From a virus (Duplodnaviria > Caudoviricetes): a DNA stretch of 64,000 nt. Location: positions 18,187 through 82,186 of the IMG/VR virus record IMGVR_UViG_3300035454_001303; one strand, written 5' to 3'. Under the pieces are notes generated by a model. That model was given only the letters and a program-made list of their open reading frames with translations. It searched no databases and had not been told where the DNA came from. Of the stretch, positions 27,327 through 37,070 are shown piece after piece (positions within the stretch are counted from its first letter, which is position 1; every line of letters begins with the position of its first letter). A program made the translations under genes and the position numbers.

Positions 27327-28010
27327 GTGGCCCTTACGGATGCTGAAAAGAAGTCCGCCCAAGGGAAGGCCGGTAGCCTTCAAATCTTCGGGAATGCCGA
27401 CGAAAAGGTGAGCCCGTACTTGAAGGCGTGGGTTTCCCAGCCGGATGAAGAAAGCAAGCTGAGCGTCTGCGTGGTCGGATTGATAGGGCCGGGAACAACT
27501 CGGTCCCTACAGGCCAATTGGAACAGCCCTTTCGAGCAAAGCAACCTCGGGGGGATGTTTGAGAAGACAGGCGGGCTCCTTCAGGCGACGACCGAAAAGA
27601 CATCCGTGACAACTCTCTCTTCGACTCAAATTTGGGAGGGGAACAGGCCACACACCTTCAACCTGACCCTTTCCTTCTACGCCATAAGCAATGCGCTGAA
27701 GGAAGTGATGTATCCCCTTCGCGAGCTTGAAAGAATGATGGGGCCGAATGTGGCGGCGGGAGATCCGAACGCTGGCGGTGTGATGGAGCTTGTCAAGAGC
27801 GCTATACCAGCGGGCCGAATACCGCTTCCTGTCATTCTGAATATCGGTCGGCGAATGCTGATCCCCAACTGCGTGATCGAATCCATGTCCGTTCCTTTGG
27901 ACAAGGAGAGAACCAAGGAAGGGTATCTGGTGAGAGCCGATGCAACTTTGTCTATATCCACAAAGGTCATGCTCAATAAGGAAAATATTGGAACGACATG
28001 GCCTCAATAA
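27327..28010 (+). CDS. pmgG: P1 PmgG-like baseplate/tube-initiation protein
   Basis: ANWNSPF, IWEGNRPHTF, GRIPLPVILNIGRR. Confidence 0.75.
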   Translation: MALTDAEKKSAQGKAGSLQIFGNADEKVSPYLKAWVSQPDEESKLSVCVVGLIGPGTTRSLQANWNSPFEQSNLGGMFEKTGGLLQATTEKTSVTTLSSTQIWEGNRPHTFNLTLSFYAISNALKEVMYPLRELERMMGPNVAAGDPNAGGVMELVKSAIPAGRIPLPVILNIGRRMLIPNCVIESMSVPLDKERTKEGYLVRADATLSISTKVMLNKENIGTTWPQ

Positions 28011-28027
28011 AGAAAGGAGACACGTAA

Positions 28028-28555
28028 ATGCCTAACATCTCCAATGTTCAGCAGAACGTCCCGCTGGTGAAGAATTCCTATAAGAACCTGGTTTCGATGG
28101 GCGAAGGCGCGAAGGCTGACGATTTCAGGATGACCATTGAAGGTTATCCTGATCTCGAATACCTCGTGCAGTCCACCCAGCTCCCGGCACTCAAGCGGGA
28201 GATGATCGAATCCAAGGGGCCGCATGGTGTCATGTTTAATCAGCAGGGTAATTTCATGAACGCCCAGGACATCACCATTGCCTTCAAGGAAGTCATTTCC
28301 GGGAAGGCCCTGGAAGCCCTGCGGTCATGGGTTACGAACAAAGAATATCTCCAGATTACTTTGGCGCTCGTTTCCGAAAGCCAGCCGGAATCCGTCTATG
28401 CGAACTCCGTCGTTCTGGAAGACGCCTGGATCGAGATCGACGCGGTTGATCTGTCCGTCGATGACACGACGGTTCTGGTGAAGCCGTCCGGGACCATTCA
28501 CGGCAACTGGGTGACGTGGCCTGACGAAGAACAGGAAACGCTTCCCTGGGAATAA
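28028..28555 (+). CDS. bplB: Tail tube protein, P1 BplB-like
   Basis: QLPALKREMIESKGPHGVMFNQQG...NWVTW. Confidence 0.75.
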   Translation: MPNISNVQQNVPLVKNSYKNLVSMGEGAKADDFRMTIEGYPDLEYLVQSTQLPALKREMIESKGPHGVMFNQQGNFMNAQDITIAFKEVISGKALEALRSWVTNKEYLQITLALVSESQPESVYANSVVLEDAWIEIDAVDLSVDDTTVLVKPSGTIHGNWVTWPDEEQETLPWE

Positions 28556-28558
28556 GCC

Positions 28559-29122
28559 ATGACCCCTAATGAACTATTGAACCTGGTGAAAACACAATTC
28601 CAGGTTCTCTATGTTGAATCCGGAAAACTCACCAACCTTCTGAAGCAGGCCCTTGGGACCTATCAGGACAGGGCGGGCGTGATCCGGAAATTACAGTTCG
28701 GCGATGACGACACAGAGGCCGACACGCCGGCTGATCTGCTGGAAGTGATCTGCGTGGCCGATGCCGAGGGGCGCTGGCATGAGCACCGGATTGATGGGGA
28801 TACCATCACCGTCATTGAGCAGCTTCGCCCAGGGCTTTCCATAAGGAAGAGCGTCAGGCCATATACGGTTTCGTACTTTGTCAATTTACGGGACATGGAC
28901 ATCGAAAAGGATGTCTTGCCGCCTGAAACGGTGGGTCCTCTGCGTGAATATCTGGAGGCCCTGATTGCCATTCCCAATACGGCAAGGGCGCGTCAGATAG
29001 CCACGGCGACCGGAATACAGGCGGAATACCCGTCCGACGATGAGCTGAGGACAAGGAAGGAAAACCTTGAACTGGCCATGGAGGATCTGCAGGCCATAAT
29101 CCCGATGGCGACGGTGTACTGA
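28559..29122 (+). CDS. P1-type head-tail adaptor/morphogenesis protein
   Basis: MTPNELL..VK..F...LLKQALGTYQDRAG...LRDMD...YLEALIAIPNT.R. Confidence 0.75.
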   Translation: MTPNELLNLVKTQFQVLYVESGKLTNLLKQALGTYQDRAGVIRKLQFGDDDTEADTPADLLEVICVADAEGRWHEHRIDGDTITVIEQLRPGLSIRKSVRPYTVSYFVNLRDMDIEKDVLPPETVGPLREYLEALIAIPNTARARQIATATGIQAEYPSDDELRTRKENLELAMEDLQAIIPMATVY

Positions 29123-29616
29123 TGCTGGAAGATTTCAATCAGCTCAGGCTTCTGACGAAGCAATTGGTTCACACCCCCTTTCAGGAGGGGTGGCAATTTC
29201 GTCTGGATATTGACGACGAAAACGCTCCCAGTGACCTTGATATCTATGTCAAGGACATCACCTTCGGGCCGATTGAGATCGAGACCGAGGCAATCAAGGC
29301 CGGGATGCAGACCTTGACGTTTCCGACCGGGACCGTTCCGGTCGGGTTGTCGATGACCATGAGAGACAATCAGGACCGAAGAATCTACGATTGGTTCACG
29401 GCATGGTCAAAGGCGATGGTTAATGATGACGGGACGGTAAATCTCCCGTCTGAATACGTGAGAAAGGCGGAACGAATCAATCTGGCGACCGATGAAATCC
29501 AAGATACATGGTTCGTATTTCCGACCAAGCTGGGGGACATCACGGAATCTGTAGATTCAGAGGGGTTCCTTGAATTCCCTATTTCTTTCATACAGTTTAG
29601 ATCATGGGGTGAATGA
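29122..29616 (+). CDS. P1 Tub-like tube-fold protein
   Basis: QEGWQF.LDID...KDITF..IEIE...MTMRD...DWF....VNDDGTVNLP. Confidence 0.7.
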   Translation: MLEDFNQLRLLTKQLVHTPFQEGWQFRLDIDDENAPSDLDIYVKDITFGPIEIETEAIKAGMQTLTFPTGTVPVGLSMTMRDNQDRRIYDWFTAWSKAMVNDDGTVNLPSEYVRKAERINLATDEIQDTWFVFPTKLGDITESVDSEGFLEFPISFIQFRSWGE

Positions 29617-30383
29617 TGATTTCTCCTTTTTCCCTGCCTTCCAATCCGAATATCGTCATCCAACTACGCGAAGCGACCGTGGCCGATGCCATTGACTTTG
29701 CGGATGTGGACGAGAGTCACGAGGAAGAGCTGACCACCATGTTTTTGGGGCGGATGCAGGATGCCGGCGCGATACGTGATCCCAGGAAATGGACCGACGC
29801 GGATCGGCGCTTCGCTCTTTATTGGTACTGGCTGCATACGGCCAAGGACCATGAAATCCCCCTTTCGTATGATTGCCGACATTGCGGGGAGAAGCACATT
29901 TACCTTCAGAATTTGCGGGAGCTTGCCGACAGCTATACGCCGATCAACGGAGCTGAGCGAGAAGGAAAATGGAAGGGGGAGAAAATAATCGTTCGGCCCC
30001 TTACCGGATGGAACATGGAGGCCCTGGAACGGATGAAGCTCGGCCTTGATGTCTCCAAGGGGATCAGCCGCAAAAAAGGACAAGCATCAATGATGTTTGA
30101 ACGGCTTGCGATGTTCATTTCGTTTGCCGGGGATAAGGAGCCGGACAGGGTAAAACGGGGAGAGAAGAAGAGAAAGAGGCTCATGGCGATGCCTCTGGAT
30201 GAATTCACGGAGTTCTCGGATATGGTCTATGGCCTGGCTGCAGAAATGAGGCACGGCCTGGAGATGGAGTACGAAGAGGGCCGCCTGTATCTTCTCATGC
30301 CGCCCCATAAATGTCCGGAAAGGGGGGAACAAACGCGCCTGCGTTATCCCTTTCGGAATAACGACTACATTCCAGGTTTATAG
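29613..30383 (+). CDS. Tail assembly chaperone / baseplate hub assembly protein
   Basis: FSLPSNP...REATVADA, CRHCGEKH zinc ribbon; immediately upstream of the tape measure gene. Confidence 0.7.
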   Translation: MMISPFSLPSNPNIVIQLREATVADAIDFADVDESHEEELTTMFLGRMQDAGAIRDPRKWTDADRRFALYWYWLHTAKDHEIPLSYDCRHCGEKHIYLQNLRELADSYTPINGAEREGKWKGEKIIVRPLTGWNMEALERMKLGLDVSKGISRKKGQASMMFERLAMFISFAGDKEPDRVKRGEKKRKRLMAMPLDEFTEFSDMVYGLAAEMRHGLEMEYEEGRLYLLMPPHKCPERGEQTRLRYPFRNNDYIPGL

Positions 30384-30531
30384 CGAGCGATCCTGGAACA
30401 TCATTGTCGAGAATCTGTGCTTGTACGGCGGACAGAGCATCGACGGGTTGCTGAGGGTTCCTCAGAGCCGGGTAATTTCACTGCATGAAGCCTTGAAACG
30501 AAAAATGAAGGCTACCAAGAGGCGAAGATGA
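30250..30531 (+). CDS. Start-less +1-frame ORF overlapping the chaperone end (candidate frameshift extension)
   Basis: Open from 30250 to TGA 30529-30531, which overlaps the tape-measure ATG; encodes ...SWNIIVENLCLYGGQSIDGLLRVPQSRVISLHEALKRKMK. Confidence 0.55.
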   Translation, partial: GTAWRWSTKRAACIFSCRPINVRKGGNKRACVIPFGITTTFQVYSERSWNIIVENLCLYGGQSIDGLLRVPQSRVISLHEALKRKMKATKRRR

Positions 30532-33371
30532 TCAAGAGCGAAGCCAGAATGGAGAAGACGACGACCGCAGTCGCCCCTATCTCTGATAATGAAGAGAAGC
30601 TCTTCGCCTTTGATGAAATCCTCAGAGGGATTGAGGAAAAAAACAATAGGGAAATCATTCCGATCCTGGAAAGGATCGAATTCAATACTTCGTTCCTGAA
30701 GAAAACTTCCAAACAGACAGCGGCAGAAAGCAGGCCCGTCACAGCGCAAGGGATATTCCCTCGAGTCGCGCCTTTGAGACGCCGCGACGAGAAGGGCCGG
30801 TTTGCGCTGGATGAGGGGACAAAGAAGGCCCCGAAAGTTCCTGTTGTTACCGCGAGACTGGCAACGGAAGAGGATCTTGTGCACGAAGAAAAAAAGAGGC
30901 AGGCAACGTCCTCCGCGACCGCTGTTACTACGGTCGGTCCCGAACCTGCCATGCAACAACGACCCCAGGAAGCGGCCACAGAGGCGGCCCCGGTGAAAAA
31001 GGAACAGGTGGCTTCCAAATCTCCCAGGGGAAAAGTTCCCGACGAGACAAAGGGAGAGCGGGACAATCGCGGGCGTTTCATCGGCAAGAGCAAATCCCAG
31101 GAAGCCAGATCCGAACAGAGGAACAAGGATGAAAAGAAGTCCCTGTTTGAATCCCTGAAAGATGGCATCGGCGGTGTGGGCGCCAAAGGGAAATCGGCAG
31201 TTGCGGCCAACGCCGGCACTATCGAAGAGGCGGCGGGACGCGCTGCGGGCGGTCCCATTTTTGAAGCGGCCATGGAACTTAAAGGCGCTGTCGATTCGGC
31301 ACGCGATGAAGACAGCATGATCGGGAAGGCTGCACGGTGGGCCGGAAAGAAAACGGGGATCTCGAAAGGCGAAGAAGAAAAGCCTTCCAAGGAAGGCCGC
31401 GACGAGAAGGGCCGGTTTCTGACGGGTACAGCGAAGGCTGATGACGGAAGCAAGAAAATTATCGAAACCCTGAAGGGCTCTGAAAATGAAGACGAAAAAC
31501 GTCACGAAGAGCTTATCAAGACCATCCTGAAAGGCAACAAGGAGAAAGGCCCTGAAAGCATGGGTCTCCCTTCTGCCAGGCGGACGGGGCCGGGCGCGCG
31601 CGCTAAAGAAAAATTGCAGAAAGCCATGAAAAAGTCCCAGCTCCCAACCGTCGCAAAAGCACCTCGGATGCCCGGGGGCGGTGGGCCGGGTGGTGGGATT
31701 TTGAGCACGCTTCTCAGTCGCTTTGCTCTTCCGGGTATGGCCGTTGTAGGAGCGGGGCTTGCTGGCGCCGCTGTCGGGACAGCGATCAACAGTTTGATCA
31801 ACTCTATTACAGAGAAGGTATCGGATGGAAAACACAAGACGGCAGGTGATGCTTTCCATGATTTCGTAAATCCGGAATCGAAAGGCGTCAGAAATATCAT
31901 AGGAGACGTTGAGTCCGGTCGCAAAGGATACTCGGCTTATCAAAACAAGGACAGCGGCATTGTCTCTGCGGGAAAGTATCAGTTCACGGCGGCGGGCGGT
32001 GAAAAAAGCTCCCTTGCCAAAGTGCTCGATAACTATGCCGGCGCTGGGGGAGCGCGCACGCAGGAAGCCCAAAAATATTCCGCAATCATAAAGAGCGGGA
32101 AAGCTGAATCGCTACGAAATGACGCGGGTTTTAGGTCGTTCCTTGAACAGACCGGGAACGACAAAATAATGCAGCAGGCCCAGGAAAAAACATTTGATCA
32201 GAACTATTTCAACCCGGCCATTGGTTATGCACAAAGACAGGGAATCAACGCCATTAAAATGCCGAAGCTGGCTGCAATGATGGTTGATACCAATATTCAG
32301 GGCGGCATGGCGGACGTTACTCAGGCGACCAGCAGGCGCTTGGCACAACAGGGGAAGACTTTCAAGACGGCCTCTGAAGAAGAGATCATGAATCTCTTTG
32401 TCGAGGAGAGAAAAAATCGCCTTGACCGGGTTGCAAGCCAAAAGGAAGCCAAAGGAGACACAAAAACGGCATCTATGCTTCGTAACAGCAAGGGCCGCGT
32501 AGACAATGTGCGAGCCGCGCTGGATAAAAACGAAAAAGCTTTGCGCGGGGACGCTTATGACATTGCCGTCGCTACAAATAAGGAGAGGGTGCAACCATCG
32601 CAGGATGAACAACAGCCTGTCGCGTCTGGCCCAAGTGATAAAGCATCTCCGGCGAAGTCGGCAGCCACGGTCGCAAAGACAGCCCCGTCTCCGGCCGTAA
32701 ACATCGTGGCGAGCAAGGATGATAGTACGCAATCGACATCGAAAACAATCCCAACTGAAACTGTCACGCCAGTAAAACCAATAAAGAAACGGGCTTTCCG
32801 TGCAGTAGCGAGAAAGGAGCCCCCGGCAATAGGAGGCGAAATCACGCGAGAAAAAGCCTCTTCCACGGATCAGCCCGCAAATCTTGCGAAGGGAGAATCA
32901 TCCCGCGAAAAGGCGTCTCCAATGGCGGCCACCACCGTCGAGCCAGTAGAGCCGATTGTGACGGCCACAGCAACCCCGGTTGCCGACATCCGCAAGCGAA
33001 TTCTTTCAAGGACCCGGGCGCGGACCGCAGCATTGGGGGGCGGGAGCTTGGAGGCGAAACCTATTGAGGGCGGCGCCATGGCGACGGAACCGGCCACCTC
33101 GCTGGCCACAGGAATGCCGGCGCGCTCGGTAAGGCAGCCGGAACGAATGACCACGGCCAGGGCAGAGATACCGGAAGCGCCTTCATCCATTCCGGGGCCG
33201 AAGCAAGCCGGATCTGACATGAACGGCGTGTTCATGGCGGCCATCGATAAGCTCAATGCGACCATGGCCAAGATGACAGGACAAGATGAGGCAAAGCGTT
33301 CCGGGGTGCCGCCGATCCGGACTGAGTTTGATGACACCATGCTGACCCTCATGGCTTACGACAGGGTGTGA
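30528..33371 (+). CDS. sit: Tape measure protein (Sit-like) with lysozyme-like peptidoglycan hydrolase domain
   Basis: Long Ala/Gly/Lys-rich protein before the baseplate wedge genes; VESGRKGYSAY..KDSGIVSAGKYQF catalytic-type motif; RDxxGRF repeats. Confidence 0.8.
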   Translation: MIKSEARMEKTTTAVAPISDNEEKLFAFDEILRGIEEKNNREIIPILERIEFNTSFLKKTSKQTAAESRPVTAQGIFPRVAPLRRRDEKGRFALDEGTKKAPKVPVVTARLATEEDLVHEEKKRQATSSATAVTTVGPEPAMQQRPQEAATEAAPVKKEQVASKSPRGKVPDETKGERDNRGRFIGKSKSQEARSEQRNKDEKKSLFESLKDGIGGVGAKGKSAVAANAGTIEEAAGRAAGGPIFEAAMELKGAVDSARDEDSMIGKAARWAGKKTGISKGEEEKPSKEGRDEKGRFLTGTAKADDGSKKIIETLKGSENEDEKRHEELIKTILKGNKEKGPESMGLPSARRTGPGARAKEKLQKAMKKSQLPTVAKAPRMPGGGGPGGGILSTLLSRFALPGMAVVGAGLAGAAVGTAINSLINSITEKVSDGKHKTAGDAFHDFVNPESKGVRNIIGDVESGRKGYSAYQNKDSGIVSAGKYQFTAAGGEKSSLAKVLDNYAGAGGARTQEAQKYSAIIKSGKAESLRNDAGFRSFLEQTGNDKIMQQAQEKTFDQNYFNPAIGYAQRQGINAIKMPKLAAMMVDTNIQGGMADVTQATSRRLAQQGKTFKTASEEEIMNLFVEERKNRLDRVASQKEAKGDTKTASMLRNSKGRVDNVRAALDKNEKALRGDAYDIAVATNKERVQPSQDEQQPVASGPSDKASPAKSAATVAKTAPSPAVNIVASKDDSTQSTSKTIPTETVTPVKPIKKRAFRAVARKEPPAIGGEITREKASSTDQPANLAKGESSREKASPMAATTVEPVEPIVTATATPVADIRKRILSRTRARTAALGGGSLEAKPIEGGAMATEPATSLATGMPARSVRQPERMTTARAEIPEAPSSIPGPKQAGSDMNGVFMAAIDKLNATMAKMTGQDEAKRSGVPPIRTEFDDTMLTLMAYDRV

Positions 33372-33724
33372 TTATGGCCGCTATTGAAGAATTCGATCAC
33401 CTGATTGAGCTGAACCCGTCCACGGAGGTGAAGAAATACGAGGATGAGGACGCACTACAGGACCGGATCTTTGAATGGTTTGAGACTCCCCAAGGGACAG
33501 TGGCGGATCTTCCGGGGTGGGGCCATAACCTGCTTCCCCTGAAGCATGAGCCCCAGGGGGTAAGTCTAAATGTCATGGCGGAAATGAGCATCACAATCAA
33601 GATGCCGCAGGACATTGAAAACCTGGTCATTGAAAGCGTGAGCGTTGAATTCACAGAGATCGATCTGTGTCAGATCATTATCAGGCATCGCCTTGGGGTT
33701 TTTGAGGAGAAAATAGAGCTGTGA
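33368..33724 (+). CDS. pmgA: P1 PmgA-like (gp25-fold) baseplate wedge protein
   Basis: RIFEWFETPQG....P.WG..L..LKHEP. Confidence 0.78.
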   Translation: MIMAAIEEFDHLIELNPSTEVKKYEDEDALQDRIFEWFETPQGTVADLPGWGHNLLPLKHEPQGVSLNVMAEMSITIKMPQDIENLVIESVSVEFTEIDLCQIIIRHRLGVFEEKIEL

Positions 33725-35124
33725 TTACAAAAGAAGAGGCAATCCAAAAATTTAAAGACATTCTGCTTGCGAAGGCGTCATGGAAAACCTTGTCGAAATC
33801 GCAGTTCGTCAATCACCTTGCCGTTTTCATGAGCTGGGCGCTGCGGGAAGCGTTGTGGAAGATCGAAAGGACCTTCCAGGAATACTTTCTGTCCACGGCC
33901 TTGAATGAAGCCAGTGTGCTGGCCCATGTGGAAGATCGAGAATACCTCCCGCGCAAGCGCACGCCGTCTTCGGGATCCGGCACGATCACGAACAACGGTA
34001 CGAGCGTTTTGTATTTGCCGGCATACCAGCCGTTTTCGTCTGATGCCGACCTCGATTATGTCACCGACCGGGCCTTGTCACTCGCCGCAGGTGAAGCGGC
34101 GGAAGTCGAATTTTCACAGATGGTCAAGGAAGAGATCGTTCACGAGGTTACGGAAGAGAAGCCGTTCTACGAGATCCTTTTCGATAAGGCCCTAACGGAG
34201 AAAATCCACGATTTCACGGTCCAAGTCGATTTGGGATACGGCTATGAAGAATGGGATTGCTCGCGGCTCTTCCAGAACGCCAACGAGGGCGATCATGTTT
34301 ACGATGAATTCTATACGCACGCCGGACAAACAGGAATCAGATTCGGGAATGACTACATCGGAACCATTCTTCCCGTTGGAACATCCGTGAAGGTCTCCCT
34401 GTGGTTGACTGATGGGGAAACCTATCTTGCAGAAGGGCAACCCCTGTACCCTGTTGGCGAGGTCCTGGATGCTTCGGGGCAGGTAGCCGATATGGAGGCC
34501 ATCACGACCGAGGCCATCACTGACGGTCAGGCAAAAGAGACCGTTTCGGAGATGCGACAGAACCTCCAATACTGGCCCATCTATAACGAAAAGCTGGTAT
34601 GGCGTGACGATTATGTCTTCTTCATCAAGAGAGCTGTGGCAAGCATCCTGTGGATCAACGTGTGGGGCGAAACAGAGGCCGAGGCGATCCACGGGCCACG
34701 ATTCGAGTTCATCAATAAAATCTTTGTGTCTTCCTATGCTGAAGACCGTCCGAATCTTGAAACGGAGGTCATGAGCGCCCTTTCCGATGTCCACATTCTG
34801 AACCGAAAATTCGAGTGGGTTGCGCCGTTGCTTTCCACGTTCCACCTGACCATCACGGGGAAGGTCCCCAGGACGGTAATCATATCCGATGTGCAGGCAG
34901 CCATTATTGAAGCTCTGACAGATAATTATGGAAAAGATTCCTCAAGCCGTCTGTCGGAGGTTCTTGTGAAGGACTTTTATCGGATCATCAACGCAACCGG
35001 ATATTTCTCCACAACCGGTGCCTATTTCAACGTGACCCATGCCGGGACGCTGGAGCCGACAGAACTAAACGAGATGGTTCACATCGACATGGATGCGACC
35101 ACGATTTCATTGAGCTACTTATGA
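33721..35124 (+). CDS. bplA: Baseplate J-like wedge protein, P1 BplA-like
   Basis: FLSTALNEASVLAHVEDREY.PRK, G.RFG...G, VW..DY.FFIK, VWGE. Confidence 0.85.
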   Translation: MITKEEAIQKFKDILLAKASWKTLSKSQFVNHLAVFMSWALREALWKIERTFQEYFLSTALNEASVLAHVEDREYLPRKRTPSSGSGTITNNGTSVLYLPAYQPFSSDADLDYVTDRALSLAAGEAAEVEFSQMVKEEIVHEVTEEKPFYEILFDKALTEKIHDFTVQVDLGYGYEEWDCSRLFQNANEGDHVYDEFYTHAGQTGIRFGNDYIGTILPVGTSVKVSLWLTDGETYLAEGQPLYPVGEVLDASGQVADMEAITTEAITDGQAKETVSEMRQNLQYWPIYNEKLVWRDDYVFFIKRAVASILWINVWGETEAEAIHGPRFEFINKIFVSSYAEDRPNLETEVMSALSDVHILNRKFEWVAPLLSTFHLTITGKVPRTVIISDVQAAIIEALTDNYGKDSSSRLSEVLVKDFYRIINATGYFSTTGAYFNVTHAGTLEPTELNEMVHIDMDATTISLSYL

Positions 35125-36653
35125 TCGACTGGCTGAAAAAAAGATTATCGCCCGTAAAGAGGGATTCCTCGCGATGGAGGGATCTCGCTGAAGCCATTCA
35201 GGGGTTTTGGGCGGAAAACTTTGACCCGAGCTATGACGTGCTCGCCGGTTTGCGGTCGATCTATACGGCTGACGATACGAATCAGAAGCGGATCGTTGTG
35301 GAGCTGGGCCATTATTTCGAAGATGGGATCTCCGACGAGAACATCCCGGTCAGCGTTGCAACCCGCAAGATGGAGCTTCACCAAAAGGAAACGAACGTTC
35401 CTCTTGTCCGGTCTATGGCGCGGATCGGCTTCGTCGCTGAATGGGCTCCCCTCTATGCCCCCAGGGGCGAGATTTATGGGACGGCATTTTATACGGAAGA
35501 CGAGCTTGAAGCGGCGGGCCTGGACATCAATGCGGAACTACTTCGCCTGGATGGGTCGTGGCATGTTGGCGACGACCCGGCTGTGCATCTGGCTTCCGAT
35601 GGCGTTTATCTGACATCTCGCGCGAAGATGGTCATTGATCTGTCAAGCGGGCGTGCACCCGAAATGATAGACGTGGCTCGCCGACGAATCATGCAGATCA
35701 AGCCGCTTCACATCGTTTTTGACGGCTTCAAGTATAAGATTTGGCTCGAAATATCGGCCATTCCGACCCACGAAATGCACCTGGCCATGACAAAAGTCGT
35801 TGCCCAACATTATCCCTGGTGCACGCCGAAGCTCAATGGGCTTTGGAAGATCGGTACGAACATCACCATCGCGCACCGGCACCTGAACGGATCATGGAAG
35901 CTGAACGGAGCGGCAGACCTTGGGTCCTATCAGATATCCGGGACGGTTTACCGGCAGTTACTCCAATGCACCATCACAAGCAGCATGGGACTCGCCAAGC
36001 ATATCGAAAGGCCGGATGCCTATTTCGTGAACCGGCTCAGCGAATCGCTCTTGAAGCTCAATGGCCTGTGGCATGTCGGCATGAACCGGGTTCTGATCCT
36101 GAGCGGAAAGCGAAAGCTCAGGAAATCAATTGATTTGCCGTCCATTCCATCGGTCGGATTCGGATCGGGAGAGGGATGGACCGTTCAGTATCCGGTCTCC
36201 CCAAGGAAGCTGGGAGTTCTTCCGGCCCTAGTTTCGTATAGACGGCTTGATGGAACGTGGCAAGTCGGTGAGCCTGTCAGGAGCGTAATCCTTGACGGTA
36301 CATGGAAGGTCCGGTCTCCGGGCATCAAGGCGGAATCGCGCCTGAAATTGGTAAAATTTCTTGGACACGCGGGGGTGTTTGGGAAGGTGGGGCGCTACAC
36401 GGCCCAGGTCGGCAACGGATGGTCTCGCAAACTTGACGGCATGTGGGGCGTTGGGGCCTATTGTGACGTTGACGGCACTTGGCGGCTCGATGGGTCAAAA
36501 CGGCTTGGCGCAATTCGCATCGGAAGATATTACCGCCGCCTCGACGGATCATGGAGGGTTGGGGAAGTGACGAAGCACCTGGATGGTTCGTGGCGCATAG
36601 GCCAGCCGGGACCGGTATGCGAATGCGAAATAAACATCAGAAAGGCGGCGTAA
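35121..36653 (+). CDS. P1 gp16-like baseplate wedge protein with [DN]GxW repeats
   Basis: N-terminal W....L.P.K..S..W.DLA...Q, KPLHIVFDG; ten [LV][DN]GxW repeats. Confidence 0.7.
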   Translation: MIDWLKKRLSPVKRDSSRWRDLAEAIQGFWAENFDPSYDVLAGLRSIYTADDTNQKRIVVELGHYFEDGISDENIPVSVATRKMELHQKETNVPLVRSMARIGFVAEWAPLYAPRGEIYGTAFYTEDELEAAGLDINAELLRLDGSWHVGDDPAVHLASDGVYLTSRAKMVIDLSSGRAPEMIDVARRRIMQIKPLHIVFDGFKYKIWLEISAIPTHEMHLAMTKVVAQHYPWCTPKLNGLWKIGTNITIAHRHLNGSWKLNGAADLGSYQISGTVYRQLLQCTITSSMGLAKHIERPDAYFVNRLSESLLKLNGLWHVGMNRVLILSGKRKLRKSIDLPSIPSVGFGSGEGWTVQYPVSPRKLGVLPALVSYRRLDGTWQVGEPVRSVILDGTWKVRSPGIKAESRLKLVKFLGHAGVFGKVGRYTAQVGNGWSRKLDGMWGVGAYCDVDGTWRLDGSKRLGAIRIGRYYRRLDGSWRVGEVTKHLDGSWRIGQPGPVCECEINIRKAA

Positions 36654-36665
36654 AGGAGAAGAGAA

Positions 36666-37046
36666 ATGTCAGAAGCAACGACTACAAACAGTTTCAGGCA
36701 GAGGTTGGCGCGGCACCATTATGACGGGACAGCACTCCCACAGGTGGCGCAAATGTCCTTCGGGGATGGCGGGCATAACCCGGACGGATCACCAAAGACC
36801 CCGAATGCGGCACAGACGGCCCTCGTTCATGAAGTGCTCAGGAAGAACCTGAGCGCGATCACGCAGGAAGATCTCTACTCCGTGACCGGGACGGGCATTG
36901 TCGCGGAGGCGGAACTTGTGGGCACCCATATTTCAGAGGCCGGCCTTTTGGATGCGTCAGGGAATCTTCTCGGCTTTAGGAACTTCGCACCGAAAATCAA
37001 GGAAGCCGATGAAACCTATGAAATCAAAATCAAATTGAAGTTTTAA
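36666..37046 (+). CDS. Tail collar/fibre attachment protein (P1 gpR position)
   Basis: MSFGDGG...L..EV.RK...E.GL.DA.GNL...RNFAPKIK...YEIKIKL. Confidence 0.7.
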   Translation: MSEATTTNSFRQRLARHHYDGTALPQVAQMSFGDGGHNPDGSPKTPNAAQTALVHEVLRKNLSAITQEDLYSVTGTGIVAEAELVGTHISEAGLLDASGNLLGFRNFAPKIKEADETYEIKIKLKF

Positions 37047-37070
37047 CCCGAAGGAAAGGAGGACATTCAA

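Noticed and set aside
30462-32072. 536-aa minus-strand ORF
   Set aside because: Antisense shadow of the tape measure gene; no SD or recognisable motif.
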